A stretch of 64,000 nucleotides of DNA from Octopus sinensis. Its lineage: Eukaryota. Below the pieces are notes generated by a model. It did not search any database. It worked only from the letters and a program-made list of their open reading frames with translations, and had not been told where the DNA came from. The stretch lies in assembly GCF_006345805.1 (NCBI RefSeq), contig NC_043004.1, forward strand, positions 76,198,001 through 76,262,000. Reading direction: 5' to 3'. The position numbers were made by a program, and so were the translations under genes. Of the stretch, positions 12,475 through 25,037 are shown in pieces; the stretch's first letter is position 1; each line of letters opens with the position of its first letter.

Positions 12475-12875
12475 TATTTTCTTTTCTACTCTAGCCACAC
12501 GGCCCGAAATTTTGGGCTAGGGGGCCAGTCGATTAGATCAACCCCAGTATGCAACTGATACTTAATTTATCGACCCCGAAAGGATGAAAGGCAAAGTCGA
12601 CCTCGGTGGAATTTCTACTCAGAACGTAACGGCAGACGAAATACCTATTTCTTTAATACCCACAAAGGGCTAAACACTGAGGAGACAAACAAGGACAGAC
12701 AAACGGATTAAGTCGATTACATCAATCCCAGTGCGAAACTGGTACTTATTTAATCGACTTCGAAAGGATGAAAGGCAAAGTCGACCTCCGCGGAATTTGA
12801 ACTCAGAGCGTAACGGCAGACGAAATACTGCTAAGTATTTCGCCCGGCGTGCTAACGTTTCTGCCAGCTCGCCGC
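12475..12875 (-). mobile_element. SINE family B dimer (type-1 tail monomer followed by type-2 tail monomer)
   Basis: Head gcggcgagctggcagaaacgttagcacgcc, B-box gagttcaaattcc, central gtcgactttgcctttcatcctttcggggtcgata. Junction aaagaaataggtatttcgtctgcc. Confidence 0.85.
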
Positions 12876-13054
12876 ATTAAGTTTCAGCCAGACCATTTTT
12901 ATTTCCGTTCCGTGCTGTGCTGCTTGTCTGACTGCCTTTAGATGCTTCCATTGACATTTTAGTTTTTTCATCATAAGAGGCTTCTAAACTCTCATTCAGT
13001 CCTTCTATATAGAATTATAGAGGGCTACAGGTAGTGCTTCACGATGCTCCCCTT

Positions 13055-13113
<59 letters not shown>

Positions 13114-13205
13114 GAGCCTGAGAGAGAGAGAAACCTGAGAGAGAGAAAGAGAAGTCTGAGGTAGAGAGAGAGAGAAAGAGAAAGAGAAATTTGAGAGTGA
13201 GAGAG

Positions 13206-13246
<41 letters not shown>

Positions 13247-13499
13247 GAGAGAAATACGAAGAAAAAGGCGAATCGATAGGTATTTGAATTTATTTATCGA
13301 TTTGGTAAGGATAAACCTTAAAGTTGGCCCCAGCAAGTTTTGAGCTCAGAACCTCCGCCTACTAGTAATATCACGGCATCGATCAGATTATCGGATAGTG
13401 CTATACATCGCTGGTCACAATGCGCTTCGCATTGTTTTAACTTTCGAATGACGCCACCCCGCTGGCAAGGTGAGCCCCCGATCGGATTACTATTCTGTC

Positions 13500-13635
13500 A
13501 TAGGGTAACCCATTTGTAGCTGAGTGAAATGAAGTGTCTTGCTCAAGAACTCAACGCGCTGCCTGGTCTGCGAGTCGAACTCATGATCTAGCGACTGTGA
13601 GTGTAGTACCCTAGCCACCAGGCCATGCGCCTTCT
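13500..13635 (-). mobile_element. SINE family C (CORE-like), short copy
   Basis: rc ggcgcatggcctggtggctaggg...gagttcgactcgc...ttcttgagcaagacacttcatttcac...cagctacaaaatggg. Confidence 0.7.
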
Positions 13636-13714
13636 CCAGTGATATTTTTTCTATTATAAACACAAGGCCTGAAATTAAGGGAGATGAGGGATACTTCATT
13701 ACATCAGTCCCAGT

Positions 13715-14002
13715 CACAAGCGTAACTGGGGGTGGGGTTGTTGTTGTTGTTAAGCAACAAGACGGGTAAGGGTGATTAGGTGATGGTCTAGGGCTTAGCG
13801 GCGGGAGACCCCAGACCTTGGAAAAAAAAACTTTGGTCGTCTTGTCGTAGTCGAGGGCTCTTTGTTGACGCCCGACCCCACTGAGAGGTGGCCCTCGAAA
13901 TCGCTGGAAATGGAGATCTCCAGGTCCAAATTCTTGGACGGCTGGAGGTGGGGGCGGCAGGGGCGGTCCGCCCGGGTGGCACACACTCTAGCTACGCTAG
14001 TG
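13715..14002. mobile_element. Putative hAT-like MITE
   Basis: Imperfect TIRs cacaagcgtaactgg and (rc) cactagcgtagctag. The right end is homologous to 31305-31338. No clear TSD. Confidence 0.45.
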
Positions 14003-14029
14003 ATCTTAGTACTCTGCTGGTATTTACTT

Positions 14030-14372
14030 CACTGACCCCGAAAGGATGAAAAGCAAAGTCGATCTCAGAACATAAAGACGGAGGAAATACGGCTAAGCAC
14101 TTTGTCCGGCGTGCTAACGATTCTGCTGTCTCGCCGCCTTGCCTTCATTAATAATATATCTATTTCTTTACTACCCACAAGGGGCTAAACACAGAGAGGA
14201 CAAACAAGGACAGACAAACAGATTAAGTCGATTATATCAACCCCAGTGCGTAACTGGTCCTTAATTTATCGACCCCGAAAGGATGAAAGGCAAAGTCGAC
14301 CTCGGCGGAATTTGAACTCAGAACGTAACGGCAGACGAAATACGGCTACGCATTTCTGCCAGCTCGCCGCCT
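14030..14372 (-). mobile_element. Two adjacent SINE family B copies
   Basis: The copy at ~14160-14372 is flanked by the direct repeat ttcattaataat (TSD). Confidence 0.8.
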
Positions 14373-14783
14373 TTCATTAATAATGTACCAATTTTAATTA
14401 GAAATCAACTAAACCTAATTCTCGTACAAAATAATAAAAACCATCCTGCAGCTATCGACTCAACAAAGGTCTGTAGGTGCGCGACTCATAACAGATTGTT
14501 TGGTTTTGCTGAGACATTATTCTACACTAGTGCAATTTCCATTTAATTAGGTGCGGACTGCAATGTTTGTAATCTGACCACGCTGACCTAGTCTCGTGTT
14601 TTGTTATGAAAAAATAAAAATAAAAACGGAAACAAAACATTTCAATGCATAAATATTCCACTGGGTGTGTGTTGAATAACAGCATAGCTACACTCCTTTA
14701 ATTCGTTTTGATAACATTCACTGCGGGAGGTTTGTTCTTGGTGTAGCGAAATTATGACTGAGTAATGATTTATGAATGAAATA

Positions 14784-14932
14784 GGCATATCTGTGTGGTA
14801 AGAAGCTTACTTCCCAAACACATGGTTCCGGGTTCAGTCCCACTGCGTGACTTCTTGAGCAAGTGTCTTGTACTATAGCCTCGGGCCGACTAAAGTGAGT
14901 GGATTTGGTAGACGGAAACTGAAAGAAGCTTG

Positions 14933-14970
<38 letters not shown>

Positions 14971-15268
14971 TTATGCGTCTGTGTTTGTCCCCTCACCATC
15001 ATTTGACAACCGGTGTTGGTGTGTTTACGTCCCCGTAACTTAGCGGTTCGCCAAAAGCAACCGATAGAATAAATACTAAGCTTACAAAGAATAAGTCCCA
15101 GGGTTGATTAGATTGATCCCAGTACGCAACTGGTACTTAATTTCTTGATCCGGAAAGGATGAATGGTAAAATCGACCTCGGCGGAATTTGAACTCACAAC
15201 GTAACGGCAGACGAAATACGGCTACGCATTTCGCCCGGCGTGCTAACCACTCTGCCAACTCGCTGCCT
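14784..15268. mobile_element. SINE A (+, 14784-15108) joined to SINE B (-, ~15105-15268)
   Basis: Family consensus matches on opposite strands. Confidence 0.75.
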
Positions 15269-15569
15269 TAAATACTTTGATCCATGGCAGATAAGAGATT
15301 TAGTACTTTCCTGTTACTGACTGACAGCCATTGTATTTTTATATTTAGAAAAGCATTTGTAAAGAAACTATTACACTCCAAGAGGCTGATCTAATAATTG
15401 GTCAGTGGACTTTTAGAATAGCTATCACTACCTCACGGAGAAGGAAAGGTGGAAGGGACCGGATGAATGGTGGTGGTGGTGGGTTTACATTTTTATCCTC
15501 TATTGCCATGCCTTTTTCTAGTAAATTTCCGTTTCAGAACTTCTTGATTGATGGGGGTTTGGTTTATCG

Positions 15570-15770
15570 ATCCCACAGACTTCTATTTGAAATGACCGGC
15601 AACCTGAAGGAAAGCGGAAAGTTGGACGACCTAAGAAGACCTGGAAAGGATGCGTGGAGGATGAAGCGAAAGCGATCGGTCTCTCTTGGTCTGAAATCAA
15701 GGAGATAGCCCAAGTTCGCGTCCACTGGCATGGAGTAATCAAAGGTTGCGCTCCTATGCTTACAGAGTAA
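15570..15770 (+). pseudogene. RTE-clade LINE ORF C-terminal remnant
   Basis: QPEGKRKVGRPKKTWKGCVEDEAKAIGLSWSEIKEIAQVRVHW matches the RTE C-terminal GRP..TW...W...AQDR..W pattern. Confidence 0.7.
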
Positions 15771-16045
15771 TATGGCCCAAACAAAACCCACTTTTCTCTG
15801 AAGCAGGAATACCTATTCTAAAAGTTAATCGATCAATTTTTTCATCCATCTCAAGGGTGCAATCGTTTATCTACAAATCCTTTTGTGAATAAATAACGAA
15901 AAAACATCCGGCTCTCGATAATAGGAAAGCACCAAAGGTGGAGTATCATTGTCTTTAAAATATTCTTAGAGCTCGATCAAGCCTTTAGCTATGTCAGTTC
16001 AAAATTCTTTGTTTGACTGTCATGAGGAGTGGTAACAAATCTGAC

Positions 16046-16081
16046 TTTTCTGATGAAGGATCTGTGTCCGAAACGCCGAAA
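16046..16081 (+). ncRNA. Minimal hammerhead motif, probably inactivated
   Basis: tttt-CTGATGA-A-GGA-tctgtg-TCC-GAAAC-GCC-gaaa. Canonical CUGAUGA and GAAAC, but U16.1 is C. Confidence 0.55.
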
Positions 16082-16669
16082 TCTTTCACAATACAGAAGC
16101 GACAAGTTATCTTAGATTTTATAATCCTTGTTGCAGATGCAGTCTTTCACTGGCTCCTCGAATTACGAATGCTACCATTTCAGTTTTGTTCATTTTCTCA
16201 TAACAGCGTAATTTATCCAAAGTGTTTAAAGCACCAAAGGTTATTAACAATAGGCGTTTAATTAACTTGTCAGCTGTTTTCTTTTGTTGTAACCGCCATT
16301 ACTCTATTGTTTCTCAGACACGTGAGTAAAATGTTATTGAGTAGGATGGCCAAACACTGCACACTGCGTATGAATTAGTCTTTTGAATCCTTTCTTTTAG
16401 TAGTTTCATTGATTAAAATCGTTGCCTAGCTGGAGCACTGCCTTGAAGCGATTTAGTCATCGTAGCCTTCTTTTGTAATTCCGTGCACATCGAGGATATA
16501 CTATAGGAATATAAAGTACGACCCCCGAATTTTACAGGGCGTAAATTTTGTTGATCCTGCTTAAAGACGAACGGCAAGTCGACTTTAACTTAAAGAGACA
16601 TGACTAAGACGGTAGGAAATACCAGAGACTATCTTTAGTTGGTGCAATAAATTAATTCGTTCCATAGTA

Positions 16670-16934
16670 ATACACACGCACACACACGCACACACACATG
16701 CACACACGCATGTACATACACAAACGCACACGCGCACACAAAGGCACACATACACAAATGTACATACACCCATATACATACATACACAAACGCACACGCG
16801 CACATAAACGCACACAAATGTATACACACACACGCACACACACATATACACTCAAATACACACACATGCTGACACATGCACATACACACAAACGCACATG
16901 CACACATACACACGCGCAAACACACACACACGTA

Positions 16935-16990
<56 letters not shown>
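16670..16990. repeat. Degenerate (CA)n microsatellite
   Basis: Directly visible. Confidence 0.9.
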
Positions 16991-16991
<1 letters not shown>

Positions 16992-17239
16992 GGATACGCT
17001 GTTTATCTTTCACTGACGCATATCGCCAAAGATACAAACGCAGGAGAGAATACTCAAAAATCTGTTGATCTACGGATGATGACCCTTGAAATAATTACTC
17101 TGCGACTGGTCAAAAAGATTCCCTGGTCACTCTCGTGGTCCAGAAATGCTGATTCACTGATTAATTCTGTTGAAACATGTAATCAATGGTGTCACGGGTC
17201 ACCAATTACGACATGAAATATACAGTTTTATCCTTTACC

Positions 17240-18190
17240 GACTTGTGTCAGTCTTTGGACTGCGGCCATGCTGGAGTACCACCTCGAAGGGTTTAGTCGA
17301 ACATATGGACCCCAGGACTTATTTCATTGGTCTGATACTTATTGTATTGATTGCTGAACCGCTCAGTTACGTGGACATAAAATAACCTACACCGGTTGTC
17401 AAGCGGTGGCGGGGGACAAACACACAAACTATCTCTCTCTCTCTCACACACATGCACACACACATACACACATGCGCGCACACACACACACATGCACACA
17501 CATACACACATATACACGCACAAACACATACACATAGACACAGATATATACACACATAGATACACATACATATACACACACATATGCACACACATACACA
17601 CGCACATACACACACATGCACATAGATATATACATACACACATGCACACACATATGCACCCACATACATACACACATACACACACACACACATACAAACA
17701 CGGATACACATATACACACATACATACATACACACACACACATATACACACACATATACACGCACATATACACACACAAACATACACATGCACACATACA
17801 CACAGTTACACACACATATACACACGCACATACACACACATGTGCACACATATATACATACACACACATACACACATACACATACACGCATATACACACA
17901 CGTACACACATACACACATACACATACACGCATATACACACACGTACACACACACATATCTACGGATATTCTACGAACGGTTTCAGCAAGAAGCTGTGGC
18001 CATGCTGGAGTAACGCCATTAGAGTTAATGTTTGTTTATTTTCAGACTCCCTTTCTCGTCATATCTCCACACACACTGGTCTTCAGCACAGTTTCCGACT
18101 ACCAAATCCACCCACAAAGCATCGGCCAGTCCGGGGCTACTGTAGAAGATACTTGCCCAATATATCACCCAGTCGGTTTGAACACGAGAC
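17240..18190 (-). mobile_element. SINE A halves (17240-17420 and 18060-18190) separated by a ~530-bp CA/TA microsatellite and an extra tail fragment
   Basis: The 3' half and 5' half lie in the same orientation on either side of the normal internal microsatellite position. Confidence 0.6.
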
Positions 18191-18204
18191 CCTGAAGCTG
18201 CAAA

Positions 18205-18490
18205 GCGAGCTCACGATCATGAGGTCGTGAGTTCGATACCCAGGGGTGCTGAGTGTCCTCGAACAACACAAATTTATTTCACGTTGCCCCAGTCCACTAA
18301 GCTGGTAAAAAATGCGTCTACCTGTAATTCAAAAGGACCAGCATTGTCCCATTCTGTGTCACGTTGAATACCCCAAGAGTACGAGTGTCTGTGGAGTGCT
18401 CAGCCACTTGCACGTTAATTTCACCAGCAGGCTGTTCCGTTGATCGGATCAACTGGGACCCTCGTCGTCGTCACCAACGGAGGGCAAGTT
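18205..18490 (+). mobile_element. SINE family C (CORE-like), body type 2
   Basis: gagttcgataccc B-box, tttatttcacgttgccccagtccactaagctggtaaaaaatg core, distinct 3' body. Confidence 0.6.
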
Positions 18491-19251
18491 ATAAAATAAA
18501 TAAATGGAAAGAATTTTAAGTTTTAAATCAAAGACAGTGGAAGAAGACAAACAAAGGAGAATCTATACAGAGCTACCATCACCTGCACTACCTTCACCCC
18601 ACGTACTACCACCACCACCACAACCACCGCCGCCGCCGCCGCCACCACAACTTTCAGTTAATATCTACACCAAACCCGTTATTTAAATACTTAACACCCA
18701 TTTCCATCTATTATTTATTCTACAAATTAACAAATTACAAACGGTGAACTCGACCAAATGTCGTATGCACAATTTAAAATGCACAGAACACCTAAAATGT
18801 GTCTTCTTTGCAATGGTTATGTTGTACATCATTATATATGGCTATGAATATTTTGTATGTCGCACCCAACTATTGACCTTTCCTCCATAACTACTCTCCC
18901 GTTAGCTCTTTATTCCTTATGCTAACATCAATGTTGTCTACGAGGCTTTTAACCTTCATTTTTACTTGTTGCAGACTGGTGCTTATGTGTGAAGAGGTGT
19001 TACGTATGTATGTTATATATGTATGTTATGTATGTATGTTATGTATGTATGCATGTATGTGTGCATGTGTATGTGTGTGTGTGTGTGTATTCGTGCATAT
19101 GTATCTCTATCTAAGACTTGCTAGCGAACTAACTTGATAGAGAACTACAGCAGTTGGCGACTAAACAAATAATATAATTAGAGAGTAAGACAAAGAGAGA
19201 GAAGGAGAGAGAAAGACAGAGCGAGGGAGAGAGAGGGAAGGAGAAAGAAAG

Positions 19252-19304
<53 letters not shown>

Positions 19305-20329
19305 AAGGTGGAAAGATGAAAGAATCAGAGAGAAAAAAGAAAGGACAGAATGGGAAGCAGACGATGTTTTCAGTCCCTCCATTCCCAGCCACATTTAGTT
19401 GTGACGATACAAAACTAGACAAAACAAGGTCGACACACGAACGCAGACACCTTTCAAACAAAAGGCCATCATGTTATCATTGTCTCTACATAAAACTGAA
19501 CTTAGAGATTCAAAATGGCGGTGCTTAGCTCTATGTCCAACAAAAACGTAACCACTCCTGGATAAAATGCCAGCAAGTGTGGATGAGATTTGTTGACTCT
19601 TAGAGCTTATCTTCAGTAGATACGTGAAATGTAGCGTAGATAGTCACGTGGTTTGTCTTAAGAGGTTGAGAACGTGGCTAGGTCAAGATGAGAGAGAGGA
19701 TACCAAAGAAAACAGCTATGATGGTGCCAGGAAAAGTTGTTGAACCCCACGCTAAAAACTGACGAAATATGCATTCATTTTCAATGGCGTGGCTAGTGTG
19801 TATGTGCCGTTCGAGGTAGCCTTTCAGTTTGCACTGCCCCACCAAGTTCTTGATCCAATACGAACTTACACAGCCGACTCATAAATGCTACACCTATAAA
19901 AGCATCGCTCACTCACTCACTCACTCACTCACTCACTCACTCTAAGGGGCCGGGCTGCATCAAGGTCATGTCTCATAGGCCCTTCTGCTGACGTGTTTTA
20001 GCCCTTGGATATCGGAGACTTGTGCATTTAAACCGCTTGAAGATCTTAATTAGTTATAACTCTTTCCCGTTGACTCAACTTTCAAACTTACACTCAAAGA
20101 AGAAATAACGTTTGTTGTTATGACAAAAGAACTTATTTACAGCTCTAGGTCACGTGTCTTCACTCAAATATCTCCTTCTTACTCATTGATTTACTCACTC
20201 ACTTATTCATTCGTTTGAAAACACATAAAGCTGAAAAGCATACAATCTTGCTGAACACTACGTGTGACTAACAATGTCACTGTCTACTTTCCATTGTACT
20301 TATCCCTAGACACAGGGTCTGCTGTATGG

Positions 20330-20520
20330 AACCAGTCATCATGCTTTACTCCATGCCACTGGATAACTCCATGCAGTGCCAAGTTAGTGGGTCACGGATT
20401 GTGCCACCGTTTCTCCACTATAAACTTCCTAGTGCAATCGTTTCCTACTTCGTCTACGATCCTGGCAAAAATGCCTACATGGAATGATACTGTCAGGGAA
20501 ATAAACTTCTCAGGTCATTC
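20330..20520 (-). pseudogene. RTE-clade reverse transcriptase remnant
   Basis: PEKFISLTVSFHVGIFARIVDEVG followed by a frameshifted PV..GVK-like motif. Confidence 0.5.
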
Positions 20521-20902
20521 ATGCTTAACCTAGATATATCAGATCCCTTCAGGAACAACAGTCTTAAATATTTTTGTTAAGATCAACAACGTCTCCGTTG
20601 CAGTTCAAGTTGCAGTTCACGGCACTTCTTCGGTCTTCAAGTCGATCATTTCGAGTATAATGCGACCCTTTCTAAAACCTTATTGACTTTCATCAGAAAG
20701 TTCTATTCAGGGTGGACAAACAGTCAGTTCAGGTAAAAAAGAATCCCAACGATCGACAGCAGAGAACGCCCCAGTGCCGCAGCTAGAGGGCGTGCCGCTC
20801 GGTTTCTGCTCCCACTCTCCGCCCTTATACAGGCTTAGGTAGCAGACGCAAAAGTGCAACTCCCATATAAGCGTCGCTTGAAGCGGACTACACCTTATCT
20901 AA

Positions 20903-21316
20903 TTCCTTATTGCCCACAAGGGGCTAAACATAGAGGGGACAACCAAGGACAGACAAAGGGACTAAGTCGATTACATCGACCCCAGTGCGTAACTAGTACT
21001 TATTTAATCGACCCCGAAAGGATGAAAGGCAAAGTCGACCTCGACGGAATTTGAGCTCAGACCATAAACAGCAGACGAAATACCTATTTCTTTACTACCC
21101 ACAAGGGGCTAAACACAGAGAGGACAAACAAGGACAGACAAAGTGATTAAGTCGATTACATCAAACCCAGTGCGCAACTGGTACTTATACATTCGACCCC
21201 AAAAGCATGAAAGGCAAAGTCGACCTCGGCTGAATTTGAACTCAGAACGTAACGGCAGACGAAATACGGCTACGCATTTCGACCGGCGTGCTAACGTTTC
21301 TGCCAGCTCGCCGCCT
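20903..21316 (-). mobile_element. SINE family B tandem dimer
   Basis: A full monomer plus a headless monomer joined at aaagaaataggtatttcgtctgc (21071-21093). Confidence 0.85.
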
Positions 21317-21824
21317 TACTACCCTTATCATCCTTCTAACTACGCAGCTGGAACATCCCTCACCCCTCAAACGTTTGTTTTGGTAGGTGGGTAACGTTTG
21401 ATCGATAGACAGGGCAATCTCTGAGACGTGTTTATATTATTCATTGTACATTGGGAAATGTTATAGACAACGGCGCAAAAATGATGTTCTTTGAACGAAT
21501 CTCTTCCGTTACAAATTGCGCCTTTGTCACTATTGCACTATTTTAGTGACTCAGTGATTGTCCGCCTTGAAAATATCTAACTAACGAAGAGATACAAGAT
21601 AAACATGGTGTATCACACACTTCGCCATCTTAATAATTTAAAGAAAGGCAAGTTGGAGAATGTGGAAATTAAATAAACGGGAAGCTCACAGATGGAATGC
21701 TTTTCGATCGCAGGTCTGCTTGAACAAGATTGAACGACCATAAGAACGATATTTGCACTCACATAACCGTAGCTTTATGCATATTTTATCTTAGTTTCTC
21801 TCTCTCTCTTTCTCTCAGTATGTA

Positions 21825-21872
<48 letters not shown>

Positions 21873-21938
21873 TGTGTGTACCCCGCGCACAAACACAGAT
21901 TCACTAACAAACACACACACACATATATCAACATGCTA

Positions 21939-21975
<37 letters not shown>

Positions 21976-22448
21976 AGCATATATCAACATACTCACACAC
22001 ACACAAACACATACAAACATATATCAGCATGCATACACACAAAAATCAACATGCTAACACACACACACACACACACACACTATTCAATCTGTCTTTGTCA
22101 AATTTCCCGCCTTTCGTCTCCCCCCTCACCGACCCCGACCCTACACTTCATGAGTCTATGTTCCACCCTCTTCCTTGACCATTATACTAAAGAGTAATCC
22201 AAGCATGCTTCCTGTAGATCCCGTTTCATGGAAGGTCTGCTACCTACCAAGTACTTCCTCCAGTTTCCTGCCAAAATTTAAACGACCCATTTATCGGGTC
22301 ACTTAACAAGTCATCAGATCAACTAAATCCTCAGCGTTCCTGTTTGAGGTCACGGCGTAATCACATTCGCTTCATAGTCGAGCTTTTATTTCAATATCTC
22401 TTGAATTTCGGTATTAATTTCCTTTTGAAAACGATCCACAACCACAGC

Positions 22449-22864
22449 AGTGGAGGCGCAATGGCCCAGTGGTTAGGGCAGCGGACTGGCGGCCGGAGGA
22501 TCGCGGTTTCGATTCCCAGACCGGGCGTTGTGTGTGTTTATTGAGCGAAAACACCTAAAGCTCCACGAGGCTCCGGCAGGGGGTGGTGGCGACCCCTGTT
22601 GTACTCTTTCGCTCCAACTTTCTCTCACTCTTTCTTCCTGTTTCTTGTTTCCCGACTTCCTACTCAACCGCTGAGCCTGGATGCGCATTCATCCATCCGT
22701 CGATGCACTCGGTGTCGGAGGTTGACCAGCTTTCTCTTCTGCGGGTCTTACGAATAGCAAAGGACCACGTTTCGGAGTTCTCCTACTACCGACAATGCTG
22801 AGGCGCGATCTTGCGAGCTCTGGGACGAAGACCGCTTCGCTCAACAAACAAACAAACAAACAAA
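22449..22864 (+). mobile_element. SINE family D (tRNA-like head, (CAAA)n tail), full length
   Basis: A-box tggcccagtgg, B-box ggtttcgattccc. TSD ca(a/g)ccacagc at 22439-22448 and 22865-22874. Second copy at 38314. Confidence 0.85.
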
Positions 22865-22897
22865 CAGCCACAGCGAGATAAAGGAAGGTGAAATAGT

Positions 22898-23244
22898 CCA
22901 AGGTGAGTACCGTTAATCGAAAAGTTAACTTCGTTAACTCTTAATCTGTTAACCAAAAAGTTAACTTCAATAACCGTCAATCACTTAATTTTAAAATGTA
23001 ACCAAAGTTATCGACAGACCGTTAATTATTATTACTGAAAAATTAAAAAAAGACTTTGCTCTAAAACTATCTAAAATACCCTTTAAATGTGCCAAAACTA
23101 TAAAATCTGTTAACTTCAATTGAATTGAAGTTAACGGAAGTTAATTAGTCTGATAATGATTTCCAAAGTTAACTTAAAAATTAAATCGTTAACGAAATTG
23201 TTGACTTCGTTAATTAACGATTAACGGTTTGGTACCCAGGTTTG
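22898..23244. mobile_element. hAT-type MITE with GTTAAC subterminal arrays
   Basis: Perfect 8-bp TSD GAAATAGT (22890-22897, 23245-23252). Imperfect 14-bp TIR (10/14). 35/41-nt match to the hAT end at 752-792. Confidence 0.8.
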
Positions 23245-23568
23245 GAAATAGTGTGTTGTGTCATTCATGCATTCCCCGTCAAATCAATCATTGCATCAAT
23301 AAAATGGTTTCAAATTTTGGTAAAAGCGATTTTAGGGTTGGGTCAAGTCGACTGCATTGATCACACTCTTCAACTGCTCCTTATTTTATCGACTTCGAAA
23401 AGATGAAAGGCAAATTTGACTTCGATGATATTTGACCTTAGAACGTAAATTCTGCTAAGCATTTTGTCCGATGTCCTAACGATCCTGCCAGCTTGCTGTC
23501 GTATTGCGAAATTAAAATAAAATGTCTTTAATTGGATATTTAACATTTTAACATTCAGATTATTCTGT

Positions 23569-24080
23569 CAAATGTTGGCAAAAAGTCACCTGACAGTAAA
23601 TCAAAATTCTATAAATACTTAATAAAAAAATAAATAAATGCGCCTTTTTAAAGCCTAGCCAGGTTCATGGGCCCGGTTTCCCGGTTTCTATGGCGTATGT
23701 GTTCCCCAGCTGGACGGGACGCCAGTCCATCATAGCATTACTCATTTTTGCCAGCTGAGTGGACTGGAGCAACGTGAAATGAAGTGTTTTGCTCAAGAAC
23801 ACAATGCGTCGCCCGGTCCAGGAATCGAAACCACAATCTTACGATCATGATGCTGACACCCTAACCACTAAGCAACGCGCCTCCACATAAATACGTAAAA
23901 GTCAATTTAATTTATTTATTCCAATTATTAATGTTTAATAATTGAATGCTGTGAGTTAAAATCAGTGTTTTTCGACATTTGTCAATTTATTAGCGAAGTC
24001 TCATATAAGATAATTTTTTGTTTTAATCTTGGAATTAAATGGGTTTTGAATTACTGTCAGGTGACTTTTGGCCAACCTTG
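23569..24080. mobile_element. Tc1/mariner MITE interrupted by a SINE
   Basis: TIRs caaatgttggcaaaaagtcacctgacagta and (rc) caaggttggccaaaagtcacctgacagta. TA at 24081-24082. Confidence 0.7.
23623..23886 (-). mobile_element. SINE family C (CORE-like), full length, body type 3
   Basis: tRNA head, core ttcttgagcaaaacacttcatttcacgttgctccagtccactcagctggcaaaaatgag. TSD ataaatac(t/g)taa at 23611-23622 and 23887-23898. Confidence 0.85.
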
Positions 24081-24803
24081 TAATCACATTATTTTGAATT
24101 AATCATACGTTATCTTGAAGCTTCGAGATTTGATGATGCGTTTGTTTATTTTTAAAATGACCTTGCAGGGTAGGTGTGAGAGGCCAGAATTTGGTGAGTT
24201 TGAACACAACACAGATAGAATGTTTGGGCCTGAAAAGGCCGGTTTGTATGCAAAAGAGTTAAGAATATGTATGATTATCATTTTTTTTGTTTGTTTTTTT
24301 TACGCTGGCACCGTCAACCTAGGACTACATTATTACATGTGTCCTTTCTTTTAAAAGGCTCTATGATGTGATTTATTGGAGATTTACCAGCTATTTCTAG
24401 CAGGTCGAGCTGAAACTTATTTAGCTCCCAACCAGATAGGAGGAGTCGTGAATAAATCTCGGAACTGACTGTATTTTGAAATCGGTGACATTATGATTCC
24501 CTGTGAATCACTTTTGAGGTTAATATATATGTTATACGTGGGTGGTGAGACGGAGGTAGTGGTGGCGGTGGCGGTGGTGGTGGTTAGATCGCAGAGTCAA
24601 TATGGCGAAGTTCCTGAAGAGGTCATGGCGACAAGTATAGGTCGGGATGGTGGAATAGGCAAGAAGCGAAGATTTAAAATAAAATTAGAGAACGAAGTAT
24701 TTAGAGAAACATGGAGAAGAGGAAGATAAAGAGAGGAGAAAGTAAAAAAAAAGAGTAGTAATGAGGAAAATGTACGTGTGAAGGGAAAATAAGTGAATAT
24801 ATA

Positions 24804-24967
24804 GGCGTAGCTGTGTGGTAAGAAGCTTGCTTTCTAACTACATGCCTCCGGTTTCAATCCCACTGCGTGGCACCTTGGGTAACTGTCTTCTACTATAGCC
24901 TCGAGGCGATCAGAGCCTTGCGAGTGGATTTGGTAGACGGAGACTGAAAAGAAGCCATCGTACAAAA

Positions 24968-25037
<70 letters not shown>

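Noticed and set aside
13490-13986. 164-aa Pro-rich ORF
   Set aside because: It runs across a MITE, a SINE tail and a SINE head, so it is a chance fusion of repeats.
20648-20700. Minus-strand CTGATGA...GAAAT motif
   Set aside because: Stems I and II pair too poorly to support a hammerhead call.
22451-22525. tRNA-like sequence with A and B boxes
   Set aside because: It is a SINE head followed by a body, tail and TSD. No complete acceptor stem.
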